Assembly: GCF_009914755.1 (NCBI RefSeq) | Contig: NC_060939.1 | DNA length: 64,000 nt | Strand: one strand, 5' to 3' | Source: the human T2T-CHM13v2.0 reference genome, Homo sapiens | In this document: piece after piece, positions 15,201-29,611 of the stretch | Numbering within the stretch: the first letter of the stretch is position 1 | Layout: each line of letters opens with the position of its first letter | The notes under the pieces: generated by a model | Told to the model about the DNA's origin: nothing | The model's input: only the letters and a program-made list of their open reading frames with translations | Database searches by the model: none | Made by a program: the position numbers and the translations under genes

Positions 15201-18200
15201 ATAGTCTCCCAGACCACAGTGCAATCAAAGTAGAACTCAGGGTTAAGAAACTTACCCCAATCCGTACAAATACATGGAAACTGAACAACCTGCTCCTGAA
15301 TGACTACTGGGTAAATAACGAAATGAAGGCAGAAATAAAGATGTTCTTTGAAACCAATGAGAATGAGACACAACATACCAGAATCTCTGGGACACATTTA
15401 AAGCAGTGTTTAGAGGGAAATTTAGAGCACTAAATGCCCACAAGAGAAAGCAGGAAAGACCTAAAATTGACACCCTAACATCAAAATTAAAAGAACTAGA
15501 GAAGCAAGGGAAAACAAATTCAAAAACTAGCAGAAGACATGAAATAACTAAGATCAGAGCAGAACTGAAGGAGATGGAGACACAAAAAACCCTTCAAAAA
15601 AAAAAATCAATGAATCCAGGAGCTGGTTTTTTGAAAAAAAAAAATCAACAAAATAGACCACTAGCCAGACTAATAAAGAAGAAATGAGAGAAGAGTCAAA
15701 TAGACACAATAAAAAAATGATATAGGGGATATCACCACTGACCCCACAGAAATAGAAACTACCATCAGAGAATACTATAAAAACCTCTATGCAAATAAAC
15801 TGGAAAATCTAGAAGAAATGGATAAACTCCTGGACATATACAGCCTCCCAAGTCTAAGCCACAAAGAAGTCGAATCCCTGAATAGACCAATAACAAGCTC
15901 TGAAATTGAGGCAGTAATTAATAGCCTACCAACCAAAAAAAGTCCATGACCAGACGGATTCACAGCCGAATTCTACCAGAGGTACAAAGAGGAGCTGGTA
16001 CCATTCCATCTGAAACTATTCTAAACAACAGAAAAAGAGGGACTCCTCCCTAACTCATTTTATGAGGCCAGCATCATCCTGATACCAAAACCTGGCAGAG
16101 ACACAACGAAAAAAGAAAATTTCAGGCCAATATCCCTGATGAACATCGATGTGAAAACCCTCAATAAAATACAGGCAAACCGAATCCAGCAGCACATCAA
16201 AAAGCTTATCCACCATGATCAAGTTTGCTTCATCCCTGGGATGCAAGGCTTGTTCACCATACACAAATCAATATACATAATCCATTCACATAAATCCAAT
16301 CCACATAAACAACAAACGTAATCCATCCACATAAATCAATAAACATAATCCCATCCACATAAACCCAATCCACATAAAAAGAACCAATGACAACAACCAT
16401 ATGATTATCTCAATAGATGCAGAAAAGGCCTTTGATAAAATTCACCCCTTCATGCTAAAACCTCTCAATAAACTAGGTATTGATGGAACTTATCTCAAAA
16501 TAATAAGAGCTATTTATGACAAACCCACAGCCAGTATCATACTGAATGGGCAAAAACTGGAAGCATTCCCTTTGAAAACTGGCACAAGACAAGGATGCCC
16601 TCTCTCACCACTCCTATTCAACATAATATTGGAAGTTCTGGCCAGGGCAATCAGGAAAGACAAAGCATAAAGGGTATTCAAATAGGAAGAGAGGAAGTCA
16701 AATTGTCTCTGTTTGCAGATGACATGATTGTATATTTAGAAAACCCCATCATCTCAGCCCAAAATCTCCTTAATCTGATAAGCAACTTCAGCAAAGTCTC
16801 AAGATACAAAATCAGTGTGCAAAAATCACAAGCATTTGTATACACCAATAATAGAGACCCAAATCATGAGTGAACTCCCATTCATAATCACTACTAAGAG
16901 AATAAAATACCTAGGAATACAACTTACAAGGGACGTGAAGGATTTCAAGGAGAACTACAAACTACTGCTCAAGGAAATAAGAGAAGACACAAACAAAAGG
17001 AAAAATATTCCATGCTCATGGATAGGAAGAATCAATATCATGAAAATGGTCATACTGCCCAAAGTAATTTATAGATTCAGTGCTATCCCCATCAAGCTAC
17101 CACTGACTTTCTTCACAGAATTGGAAAAAACTACTTTAAACTACATATGGAACCAAAAAAGAGCCCGCATAGCCAAGACAATCCGGGGCAGGAAAAACAA
17201 AGCTGGAGGCATCATGCTACCTGACTTCAAACTATACTACAAGGCTACAGTAACCAAAACAGCATGGTACTGGTGCCAAAACAAATATACAGACCAATGG
17301 AACAGAACAGAGCCCTCAGAAATAACTCCGCATATCTACAACTATCTGATCTTTGACAAACCTGAGAAAAACAAGCAATGGGGAAAGGATTCCCTATTTA
17401 ATAAATGGTGCTGGGAAAACTGGCTAGCCATATGTAGAAAGCTGAAACTGGATCCCTTCCTTACACCTTTTACAAAAATCAACTCAAGATGGATCAAAGA
17501 CTTAAACGTAAGACCTAGGACCATAAAAATCCTAGAAGAAAACCTGGGCAATATAGTATTCAGGACATAGGCATGGGCAAAGACTTCATGTCTAAAACAC
17601 CAAAAGCAATGGCAACAAAAGCCAGAATTGACAAGTGAGATCTAATTAAAACTAAAGAGCTTCTGCACAGCAAAAGAAACTATCATCAGAGTGAACAGGC
17701 AACCTACAGAATGGGAGAAAATTTTTGCAATCTATCCACCTGACAAAGGACTAATATCCAGAAACAAAGAACTTAAACAAACTTACAAGAAAAAAAACAA
17801 CCCCATCAAAAAATGGGCAAAGGGTATGAACAGACACTTCTCGAAAGAAGACATTTATGCAGCCAACAGACATAGGAAAAATGCTCATCATCACTGGTCA
17901 CTAGAGAAATGAAAATGAGAACCACAATAAGATACCATCTCACGGCAGTTAGAATGGCGATCATTAAAAAGTCAGGAAACAACAGATTCTGGAGAGGTTG
18001 TGGAAAAATAAGAACGCTTTTACAGTGTTGGTGGGAGTGTAAATTAGTTCAACCATTGCGGAAGACAGTATGGCAATTCCTCAAGAATCTAGTACTGGAA
18101 ATACCATTTGACCCACAATATTACTGGGCATATACCCATAAATCATTCTACAATAAAGGCACATGCACACGTATGTTTATTGCGGCACTATTCACAATAG

Positions 18201-18624
18201 CAAAGACTTGGAACCAACCCAAATGTCTATCAATGATAGACTGGATTAAGAAAATGTGGCACATATACACCACGGAATACTATACAGCCATAAAAAAGGA
18301 TGAGTTCATGTCCTTTGCAGGGACATGGATGAAGCTGGAAACCGTCATTCTCAGCAAACTATCACAAGATCAGAAAACCAAATACTGCGTGTTCTCGCTC
18401 ATAAGTGGGAGTTGAACAATGAGAACACATGGACACAGGGAGGGGAACATCACACACTGGGGCCCGTCGGGGGGTGTGGGGCTAGGGGAGGGATAACATT
18501 AGGAGAAACACCTAATGTAGGTGACGGGTTGATAGGTACAGCAAAGCACTAGGGCACATGAATACCTATGTAACAAAACTGCACGTTCTGCACATGTAAC
18601 CCAGAACTTAAAAAGTATATTTAA
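12275..18624 (+). mobile_element. Near full-length older L1PA (approx. PA7-PA8A); ORF1 and ORF2 disrupted at several points
   Basis: ~1.18-kb 5'UTR, ORF1 from 13455, ORF2 fragments to 18415, 3'UTR; 15-bp TSD AAAAATGTGGAAACA at 12260-12274 and 18625-18639. Confidence 0.96.
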
Positions 18625-19149
18625 AAAAATGTGGAAACAAGAAAAAGTCTCCTCCCCATAATAAAAAAGGCTTTCATTCATTCATTTTTTAGATTAGTAT
18701 TTAACTTATTTTGAATTTCAAATGATATTAACCAAGAATATAATTACATTTATCAGAATGGGGTATGGGCAAAAAATGGTTTATAAGCACCAGTTTAGAA
18801 TATACAGCCTTCATGCTCTCTTCCAGTTAACTTTTACTTTTAAAAAAATCCAAAAACTGGTTAAAAAGTCAGCTCTAATAAGTTTACTACACATGAACCT
18901 GCAATATGCCCATCTGTTCCTCTACTTTGGGCCGTACGTAGCATTTACTCAGGAAAGTATGCAGCTTATCTTCAATTAATCTGCATTTACTGATTGTTTT
19001 AAAAAATGTTTTCCAGTGTCTGGTTACGACCCTCAACTATAATGATCCTGGTTTGTCCAAACTAAATCCACCTTTGAGGCAGAATCCTGAAAGATAAGAC
19101 ACAGCCAAATGGAAACTCTTTCAATATTTTAATATCTCATTTAATTTTT

Positions 19150-20345
19150 AAAAATTAAAACTACAAAGTATTTCAAACACAGTAGAGAATGTGCACATGC
19201 ATGCATCAATGTCCACATTTACAAGATGCTAACCTTTTGGCATGTTTGCTTCTGATCTTGGACTTAATCTATTTAACAGCATATAGAAATAGTATTCTAT
19301 GAAACAAAACCACAGTTTGTTCATGTCTCTACTGATAGACAATATGTTATAACAAAGTTTCACTATTTCAGATGGTGCTGTAATGGAAATCCTTTATTTG
19401 TGACTCTTGTGGCCTTGTGTGAGAGTTTTTTCCTAAGGTATGTAACTTAAAAGTACAAGTGTCTGGTAACAAAGAATGTATATAGTCAACCTTATTGGAT
19501 ATTTTCAAATTGCTCTCTAAAACTTATACCAATTTATGTTCCTAATAGCAATACTACAGTTTATTTCTCCAGATTCTTGTTAAAACTTAAGTTTTAAAGT
19601 TTAGCTAATCTTATGGGTATGAAAAAGTATCTAATTGTTTTATACTTCTCTGATTGATGATGAGACTGAATCTTTTCATATTATTTATCATTTGAGTTTA
19701 ACAGAGTAGCTCTAAAATTTTAATATGCACCAGATTCACTTAGTGAGCTTGTTAAAACAAAGAGTGCATGACCCCACTTCCAGAGTTTCTGATTCAGTAG
19801 GTCTCAAGTGGGGACCTGAAAATCTGGACTTCTAACAAGCACCTAGGAGATGCTGCTAATGCTGGTCAGAGGATTACACTTGGAGAACCACAATGTTCAA
19901 GGAACTGCCCGTTCATTTCTTTTACTCATCTAAATATGCGGATATTTATCAGGCAGTCTGGATACTAATCCTCTAGTGGTTGAAAGTGCTGCTAATATCT
20001 TCTCCTAGTTGTAGCCTGTCTATTCACTTTGTTTTTGAAGTCTTGTGATATCGAAGTTTGTCATTTCCAGGCAGTCAAATCTATCAATCTTTTCATTCAT
20101 AATCTGAGCTTTTGGTCTTTTGTTTTTGAAATTTTCCCCTATTTCAGTGTCATAAAGATAGTATCCTATATTTTCTTTTTAAAGTTTAAAAATTTTGTTT
20201 TTCATGTGTGGGCCTTTAATTCCTCTGGAATTTATTTTTCTGTAAGATATAAAGTAGGGACCTAACTAAAAATTGTCCCAGTATCACTTACTGAGTATTT
20301 CACACTTTCTCTACTGATTTTTTGTGCTACATCTATATCATGGGA
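19150..20345 (-). mobile_element. Old L1M fragments
   Basis: T-rich degenerate antisense L1 ORF2/3' sequence. Confidence 0.6.
19703..19891. mobile_element. MER5A (hAT-Charlie MITE)
   Basis: cttgttaaaaca...cagagtttctgattcagtaggtct...ttctaacaag...gagaaccac. Confidence 0.85.
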
Positions 20346-20443
20346 TTCTTTATTACAGATGAAAAAGAATGCCACTTTTATGTTCAGCATATGAAAACGT
20401 CTTTCTCTGAGTTGGTATTCAATTTAGGAAAAAAACCTAACAA

Positions 20444-20734
20444 TTTTTATTTTTGAGACGGAGTCTTGCTCTCTTGCCCAGGCTGGAGTGCAGTGGCACA
20501 ATCTTGGCTCACTGCAACCTCCACCTCCCAGGTTCAAGCATTCTCCTGCCTCAGCCTCCTGAGTAGCTGGGATTATAGGCGTGTGCCACCACGCCCAGTT
20601 AATTTTTGTATTTTTAGTAGAGATGGGGTTTCACCATGTTGGTCGGGCTGGTCTTGAACTCCTGACCTCAATGATCTGCCCGCCTCGGCCTCCCAAATTT
20701 CTGGGATTACAGGCGTGAGCCACTGCGCCCGGCC
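20444..20734 (-). mobile_element. AluS
   Basis: Full antisense Alu; TSD TAACAATTT. Confidence 0.93.
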
Positions 20735-21029
20735 TAACAATTTATCCTTAAGATGGTCATACAGCAAAATGTATGATTCACTGACTCTTCTAGAACTTAT
20801 GTCATAGAGACTTCTCATATAAGAATATCACCCAGTAACTGATTAGCAGAGTAATAAAAGTAGCTTTGATGAAGCTTTTATAAATCTGAGGTTAATAAGC
20901 AAGTCTCCTACTGACAAATTAATAATAAAGAATAACCCATATTACATAAGACCTATAATAAGGATATGACATATATATAAAATAGATGAATGAAGCAGCT
21001 GTTACTTGAAATTGATGTCTATATCAAGC

Positions 21030-21232
21030 AGTAAGCTATAGTGGGTAAGGTATAGGATATAGAATTAGAAGACCCAGATCTGAGTTCCAGATTTGCCACT
21101 CATTAGCTTTGTAATATTAGGCAAGCTTTTTAAGCTGAGTATCAATTTCAAAATATAAAACACAGCGACAAAATGCTCATAATTTTTGTGATATAAAACT
21201 TATGATAGGTAGTGTTATGTAAATGTTATTAT
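21030..21232 (+). mobile_element. MIR
   Basis: tagaagacccagatctgagttccagatttgccact core. Confidence 0.65.
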
Positions 21233-21357
21233 TTTAAAAATATGTTATTGCTTAAAATCAGATCTTTGGCAGAAGAGTTTATAATTCAAATTCTATCAAC
21301 AAGTATAGAAAATTTGATGTGGCAAAGTAAGGCATTTAAAACATTAAAGTAGAAAAA

Positions 21358-22167
21358 AATTTTTTTTTACAGAGATAGGGTCTCACTCTGTCACCCAGGC
21401 TGGAGGGCAGTGGTACAATCACAAATCACTGCAGCCTCACATATTTTTTTATGTAGCTGAAACATTTAAAATCTACTCTCATACCCTGGGCAATATGGCA
21501 AAATCCCTTCTTTACAAAAAATACAAAAATTAGCTGGTGTGGTGGTGCATACCTGTAGTCTCAGCTACTTGGGAGGCTAAAGTGGTACAATTGCTTGAGC
21601 CCACAGAGGTCAAAGCTGCAGTGAGCCAGGATTGTGCCACTACAGCCTGGGTAACAGAGCAAGACCCTGTCTCAACAAAACAAAACAACCCACCCCCAAA
21701 ACCCAAAAAACAACTCTTTTCACAATTCTGAAATATACAACACATTATTGTTATAATAGACACCATTCTGTGCAATAGGGCACTACAGCTTATTCTTCCT
21801 ATCTAACGAAAACTGTGTACCCTTTGATCAACATCTCCCCTTCCCATATCCCTCCCTGCCACCTCCCAGTCTCTGGTAAGCATCATTTTACTCTCTATGT
21901 ATGTGAGTTCAACCTTTCTCGATTCCATATATAAGTGAGATCATGCATTATTTGTCTTTCTGTGCCTGGCTTATTTCACTTAGTATAATGCCTTCTAGGT
22001 TAGTCCATGTTGTTGTAAATAACAGAAGTTCCCCCCTTTTAAGGCTGAATACTACTTCATTGTGTATGTATAATTACATTTTCTTTATTCATTCATCTGA
22101 TGATGGACACGTAGGTCGCTTCTGTATCTTAGGTACTGTGAATAAGGCTTCAACGAACTTAGGAGTA
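21358..22167. mobile_element. Cluster: antisense Alu fragment (21358-21438), sense AluJ (21486-21712) and antisense L1MA/MB 3' end
   Basis: Alu arms plus gagatcatgcattatttgtctttctgtgcctggcttatttcacttag. Confidence 0.8.
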
Positions 22168-25100
22168 GGTAAGGCATCTTTAAGAAATTCAGGACGTATT
22201 TCGCCTGGTAATCTCCACTAACTTGGCTGGAATACCACAAGAGCAAGAGTCCTCCAGATTTTATAGGTGACCATCAGACTTGGTCACTCATCATTGAAGA
22301 TTATGTTACACAAGTACTGGCTTCCCTTAGGGTGAGTGCAGAAAAGGGCAGATACTATTTTTTCCTAAGCTATCGACATATAATTGAAGTTAGTAAATAT
22401 TTCTGACAACAGCTGTGCTACTAGAGAGAAAGAAATAATCAATCTAAGCAGAATAGTTCAGAAATAACTTTCTCCAGGTTCGTCTGGGAACAAAATGGGT
22501 AACTTTTCATTTCTCTTCTGTCATAAAGAAATACCTGAAACAATATTCTATATTGCAAATACTAATTTTTCGGTGTTCCTGTTTGCTCCGGACATCTGTT
22601 TCTGAACTGTCAATACATACCAGATGGACTACAGAGAACCAGAGAGAGTTTTAAATGTCTTATTACCAGAACTTAAAGACCTTTAAGCAGATGGTAAGGA
22701 ACTATGTTTTCATTATTTATTGGCATAATATTCAATTTAAAAGTAGTCTAAATGGAGAGATCTGCTCCTGTTTTTAGGGACCACTGTGAAAAAGTGAAGC
22801 ATCAGGTTTAAGCCACAACTTCACAAATGTTAATGAAAAGTGATTTCCCTTGTTTGAAATCTGTAGTGATTTGTTTCCTGTAACGACAATCTTCCCTCTC
22901 ATGTTATTCTGTTTGGTTTTGTTTTTTTAAGCAAGGTTAAAAAAGTGGGGAAGGGCTGATGCTTATAAAGAGCATAACAATTAGTACTTCACTGAGGAGC
23001 TTTCTTGCAAATCCTTGATGGTGAAATTATATCTGAGGATCATTATTTCCAGAATTAGCAGAAATGCTTGTTTGAGACTTATAAACACCTTCCAAAGTAC
23101 TGGCCAGGTTGACAATAAATGAGTTCTGGTGGAAGATGATCAATCAGGGTATCATGTCCATAATTAGTCCATGAAACTTTTCTTTTCAGATTGGTATCAG
23201 TAAAAAGTTTTTTTTTTTTTTTAAGTTTTAACTTTGTGTTTGGAATAGTCAGCTTAAATTCCAGAAACCTAAATAATCAAGTTTAACTGTTTCTTCAGTT
23301 GAGTTACCATATATGGAGGGAACATAAATACACTAATAATTATGCTTGAATTTGTCTGCCCTTGATTTAAGCTTCAAAAACAAAACTCCAAAAAGAAATA
23401 CTAATTTTTCCCCCCTCAAGCGACACTGATTCAGGAGCAGTTTCTAAAAGGACTCTTCTTCACCAGATCACTAACAGAAGGATCAAAAAGGAGAAAGTAT
23501 AAGGATCAAAAGGGAGAAAATATAAAGCTTATTCTGTTGCCTCTTTAAATTTATGGAAACAATCAACATACCTGATATTATATTCTCTCAGGCCCCAGCA
23601 GTTCTTCCACAGGATTGAGTAAGGAAGATAGAGAAAAAGGTCAGGTATGAGGACTCTATTTTCCATGCTTGTTGCTTAGAATTCTTAATTTTCAGCAATT
23701 TTCAGTTTCCTAACTTGTTATGAGGACCACTGGGGGTGGCAGGGGTAAGTGATTTTCTTTTAAGGGCTACCTACTATAAACAATGTAAGAGGAAATTGTT
23801 TTTCTATTCTCAGTTCTAGGGGGAGAGCAATTTTTACTGTACTGTATTATCGTGAGGATTTGCCCTTTTATTTATAAACCTATTGAATTAGGTATATAAA
23901 TGAAAATGGCTTAATTTTCTGTTCAAAATATTCTGCTCAAAGATAAGGAGTATGATCTGAGTCAATTTGAAAGACATCAGTACTTAGAGAACAGTTAAGG
24001 AAAAGTGATGCAATGCTGACAAGCAAATTTCAGCAAAACCCAAAACCTGTTTCTCACAATGCTTCTCTTCCTAATCCTGCTGGATGACCTAGAGAATTTA
24101 CTGCAACCTAAAAACAAGCTAAACAATAAAAAAATTCCCTTTGAACTTCCCTCAACTATAATCAAGCCTGGAGAAATTCCAATATTAAGAAGCCCCAAGG
24201 GGCTGCAACATTAGCACTGACAAATTCTTACTCCAAGATAGACATGTAAGATATTACTAAGTAGATTCTGTGCTTAATATTGAGAAGTTTCTGCACATAA
24301 AACTAAGAAATGATTATATTACATTATAAAAGAAAAAAGTAGGGACATTCATTGGTAATTTTTATGAATGTGCTCTAAAATATATTTCGGTTTTCTTAGC
24401 TATTTATATTTGCCTGTTTAATACTTTAAAGAAACTGAGTTCATAAATTGATGATAAATCAAAAGATAAATCCGGAAAGAAACACAACTACAATGAATTT
24501 TTTAGAACTTAATAGTAAAAAAGGAAGCTGAATCTCTGAAACTGAGATAATGAATAACACGGTAGAAAGTACCGTAGTATCATAGTATCTTTGGCTTCAT
24601 AAGTGCCAAAGTAAGAACCAAATGAAATGCTTAGACAAGGGCATACTGCTAAAACACTCATATAGTAGGAACTATGGTTCAAATAGCCAAAGGTTACCAA
24701 AGCCAAAATATTTCAGTCCCCTTGAAATAGAATTCAAATGAGAGCCATCTTAAGAACACATCTTCCCATTGTTAAATTCTACAAAAACTGACCATCATAG
24801 GATCATCATGTAACATTCCCCTAAATTCACTCTGAATCACTCAGGAGAAGCCAAGGTTATTATCAATGTTTCTGTGTGCTATTTGAAAAGATCACACAGT
24901 TCTACTAGCAGGTGGGGATGGGTGGTGGTATCAGCAAGAAGGATAAGGTTTAGATCTTTCTAGTCACTGTGTTTTTAACTTTTTTCAGCATGTAAAAAAA
25001 TGATGGTACTTGACAGTCCAGCTGCCACAATGCTTTCAAAAAACTGGATTTCTACTGGATTCTTCAAGATTACAAAGTTACAGCCTTAACAAACAGGTAG

Positions 25101-26794
25101 GCCATTGAGAGGAAAAGTCAATTCTTTAGTCTCTGTTTTCTCTGTTCCTAGTAACCTTTCCTTCTTTTCTCCCCTAGAGTTTACTTTTCTGCAAGTTTGA
25201 AATGACTTAAAGTGCAAAGACAGAAAAATTAGAATACTGTAAGAATTCATTTGTTTCCATCAGAGCACACTTTTGTGTATTATGTCATTCTTTGAATATA
25301 AACATATTAATGAAAATTGCATTTCTTTCTGGTAATGATGAGAAATTCCCATCATATTTTTGAGACAATGTAATAAATTTGAAAGCTAGCTGACAATGGT
25401 TAGAGCATTGTTTATAATCATGAAACACAAAAGTTACCAGAACTTATTTTTTTGGGGCTCAGTGGCAATTTAGTCCACTCGAGTCCCTAACAGGAGAGAA
25501 AAAAAAAAACATTAATAACCATGTTTTTCTCACATACTAAAGGAGGATACAATAACTCAAGTGTTTAATGTAAAAAAAGGAAAGAGTAAAAGGTTCACAA
25601 TCCTTTAAATGGCATGGCCTTATATAAATTATTTCTTTTTGTGATACTAAACAAAACCAAACAAGCTATTTAAATCTGGCCCCACTGCCAAGTTTTCTCA
25701 TTCAAGTAAATTCTGCACAGACATGCTCTTCATTTTGAAAAGTGCCTATTTCTTCTCCACTAAGTGAATAGAAAGAAAAAATAAGATTCTGAGATAAATC
25801 TTACTAACAGTAACTCCAGTGCCGTATCACAAAATAAATGTGATCTTCTACCCATGAGCCTTTTTCGAGCAGTAACAGGTGAATTTTTGTTATTTATTTA
25901 TTTGATATATTTTAATTAGATAATGCAAACAAAATTTTAGTTTCAATCAAGTCTGTGTCGGTGAGTTGACCTTGGTCACCATTTAGTATTCATTAAAGCA
26001 AGGATTTGAGGTGAGAAAGCATGCTTTCTCTTGTAAAGGGAAGAAGATAATTTTTTGGAATTGCATACTCCACACATCCATAACCCCTCACAGATGCAGC
26101 ATATATCTCTGGAGGGCAGGAAAGTAATTGTTAAGAATTACTACTGGAGTGAACTACTCAAATTTATTGCTGGGAGTGTGTCACCTCTTAGAAGGCCCCA
26201 TTCTAATAGTAGGTCTGTTTCTCAGGAACACTTTAGCAGTAAGTAAATGAAGAAGACTGGCTTCTGATTTAAAACACTAAACCATGGGACAGACTTGGAA
26301 AGTTTAAAAATTAAACAACATTATTCATTTATATATTCATCTAGCATCAAGTGCCTACTATGCTCTAGGCACTATCTTATATTTTAGTAACAGGAAGACA
26401 TACAATAAAATTTAAAAGTAAAACATATGTTACATGATGATGATAAACGCTATGAAGAAAAAGTGTTGGGAGGGTATGTTAAACCACAATTTAAAATAGA
26501 GTAATCAAGGATGGTCTCACAGGAAAGTGAGAAGGCAACATGTTTTACACAGTGGCTGATCTATAGCAGAGACTCAAAACAGTTATCATTATTCTTTGTT
26601 ATATACTATTTTTGCTTTCTATTGGCTGGCCGTTGTAATGGCAGCTAAAGCAGGAACTGACAGTAAAGACTCCATATTACTAAGAAATAAAAACAGAGGC
26701 TTTCTTCCCATTATCTATCCTCATATGTACCATTATGGGTCCCCAACCCTGTAAAGAATAGCTCTTATAATAACCTTGCCCCCAAATAATCTAA

Positions 26795-27146
26795 CACAAA
26801 AGCCACAAACTCAAACGCCAGGCACGTAATGCACATGAGTACAGTAGAACATAGGTAAGAAAAATCTGATGAGGTAAAACCATGGTGGGGACTAAGAGGA
26901 TTAAAGAGTGCATGTCATGTTTAAAAGGAATAACCACTACTTAGGTTCAACTGCTGTCATGCGCAAACAAGGGTTCAGTGTCCTGTTTTCAAGAGAAAAG
27001 AGAAAACAAATACCTAAGTTTTTCTGTGAACTTTCCTCTTTCTAAAATATGGCAACCAATCCAAAAATTTTAGAACATCAGTGTGGGCCAAACAAAACAA
27101 TTTTGTGGAAGAGATCTAGCTGTGGGTCTCAAGTTTAGCCCTTCTG
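26795..27146 (-). mobile_element. MER102-like hAT element
   Basis: Ends caaactcaaacgcc and gtgggccaaacaaaaca...gtttagcccttctg. Confidence 0.6.
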
Positions 27147-27785
27147 GTCCATCTACAGGGTCAGTAGCTGATTCCTTCCAGGGCCATAAGCACCAGATGC
27201 TTGATTTGCTGGACCACACCTGTTTGTTATTACCATCCAGACTATATCTGAGCAATCATATGTTTTAATATCCAAGATCTGTGAAACATACAGCACTTAG
27301 ATATGGAGCAAGCCATACCAATAAGATTCCATTAAGCCAAGATGGAGATGAGACTAGGAAGGTTATACCCAGGGAAATAATATCTATTGCAGTGTCCCAG
27401 ATAGGATCCTGGTGAGAACTCAGGTACTACTGAAATTCCACACAGATAACCATGATACATGAACAGACTTCCTACCAACAGACTGCTTGCACTGCCTTCC
27501 TTTGCCTGATTTTAACTATGCTAAAATTGGATTTTTCACATGGGGTAGTTAGTACCTCTGCCGCGATTTTTTTTCTTTTTTAGGTTTTAGATTTTTGTAA
27601 TGGACAACTCATGTGTGCCCAGAAAGTTGGTTCTTAAGGTTTATCTCATAATAGGCTTTGCTGTTCACTAAAGTAGGACAGTTTTTAGAGAACACAGCTT
27701 AGGCTGTTAATTTTGATCATTTGCCTCAGGAGTACAAACACTGTGCCAGTAGAGTTGGAAGGTAGAAAGAAAAAGTCTTTTAAAG

Positions 27786-28113
27786 CAATGGTCCCCAAGC
27801 TTTTCAGTACCAGGGACCAGTTTCACAGAAGACAATTTTTCCATGGATGGGGTGGGGATTATGGGGATGGTTTTGGGACGTAACTGTTCCACTTAGACCA
27901 TTAGGCATTAGTTAGATTTTCATAAGGCACGTATAACCTAGATCCCTCACATGCTCAGGTCACAATAGGGTTTGTGCTCCTATAAGAATCTAATGCCGCT
28001 GCTGATCTGACAGGAGGCGGAGCTCAGGCAGTAATGCTTGCTCGCCTGCTGCTCACTTACTGCTGTGTGGCCCGGTTCCTGACAGGCCATGAACCATACC
28101 TGGGGAACCCCTG
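27786..28113 (-). mobile_element. MER1B (hAT-Charlie MITE)
   Basis: TIRs caatggtcccc and ggggaacccctg; 8-bp TSD TTTTAAAG. Confidence 0.9.
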
Positions 28114-28778
28114 TTTTAAAGGATTACATAATCAGTGTTTAAAACTTAAAATATACCAACTACAAGTTTTTTACTATATTCCCCTGCAAGAGGACATCAC
28201 TAAGACTTCTCCCCTGGAAGGAACCTGACTCACTACACAATTATCTAAATGATGGCATCTGTTACCTAGTTTCAGGAAGTGACAATACCCTTAATCCTCC
28301 AGAAGCAACAGGTATTCTGGTAACCCCACATCATTTTTCAAATTTTCTCTCCTAATGACAGTCCTAGAAAATCCTCCTTTGGTCAGTTCTCATGAATAAA
28401 CCCTACCCTAGTAGAGCTGACTTAATTCAGAAAGCCATATACGTACCAATGAGAAGGAACTCATTAGACACGTTCCATTTTTGACCAGGTGAGTTTACTT
28501 GGCCTTCCAGGTGCTGAGCATAGCATGGCCTGTAAAGCAGATGCTTTACTAGGGTATGCTAAGTTACCAAAAATATAGGCTACCTGCATTTTTTAAACCT
28601 AGAAATAGCTGGCAAAACATAAAAATGCTTTCTTAGAACACTGGCTGGTTAGAAAGCCTAGAAAATAAGATGGTACACTCTTCCTGGAAGGTATGTAATA
28701 CAGACTTAAATGAACTTAAAATACTCAGCCTCTTTTATCCCTGGTTTTAAGCCTTTGATCTCTGCAGCCAGGTGATAG

Positions 28779-29052
28779 GACAGGGTCTCATTCTGTCACC
28801 CAGGCTGGAGTGCAGTGGCACGTTCATGGCTCACTGCAGCCTTTGACCTCCTGGGCTCAAGAGATATTCCCACCTCAGCCTCCCAAGCAGCTGAGAATAC
28901 ATGTTCATGCCATCATGCCCAGCTGATTTTTTATTTTTTGTAGAGATGGGATCTCCCTATATTGCTCAGGCTAGTCTCAAATTCCTGGGCTCAAGGGATT
29001 CTCCTGCCTCGGAAAGTGTTGGGATTACAGGCATGAGCCACGGCAACCAGCC
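28779..29052 (-). mobile_element. AluJ
   Basis: Diverged antisense Alu. Confidence 0.88.
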
Positions 29053-29611
29053 TAGGTTGTCTACTCTTCTAAAATCTTACTAGGATTGCGTTGAATTACT
29101 GAATCCATGAGATAGAAATACTTCTCTCTTGTTTTCAGCTGAATTCCTGGCAAGCTAAATGTTATTTAATTTTACATTAGCCTTGCTAAAGGGAACCAAA
29201 ATATATAGCCCTCTTAACCTTTATTTTTTCTAATAACTCCAAAGCAAAACTAGTCAATTTAGGGGACCCAAACATTAGAATTAGTTGGGAGACTGCTTCC
29301 TGTTGGTATACACACCTGAAGGCAGTAATATAAACAGGAAGTTCTCAACATCCTGTTACTTATGAATAATATGTAAAAAGTAATTTCTCTTTCTATGCTA
29401 GAAACTTGCCCTATAGACCTTACTATTTCATAAATATTGTGTTTCATAACACCAGTTTCATGAGAAGTTGTATGAGGAAAAGGGTGAAGAGGAATTCAGA
29501 GCAAAAAAATTTTGGAACATACTGCACAAATAAGGTTGATGACATGTAGCAGCTGATAAAGCATTTAAGACATCTTTTAATTGATTTCATAAACATACTT
29601 GACTATGGAAC

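Noticed and set aside
16262-16380. CRISPR-like repeat/spacer pattern
   Set aside because: Eukaryotic L1 context, no unique spacers; local slippage explains it
12275-18624. Possible retrotransposition-competent L1
   Set aside because: Multiple stops and frameshifts in both ORFs
25719-26026. p53 half-sites (AGACATGCTC, AAGCATGCTT)
   Set aside because: Isolated half-sites with no adjacent second decamer
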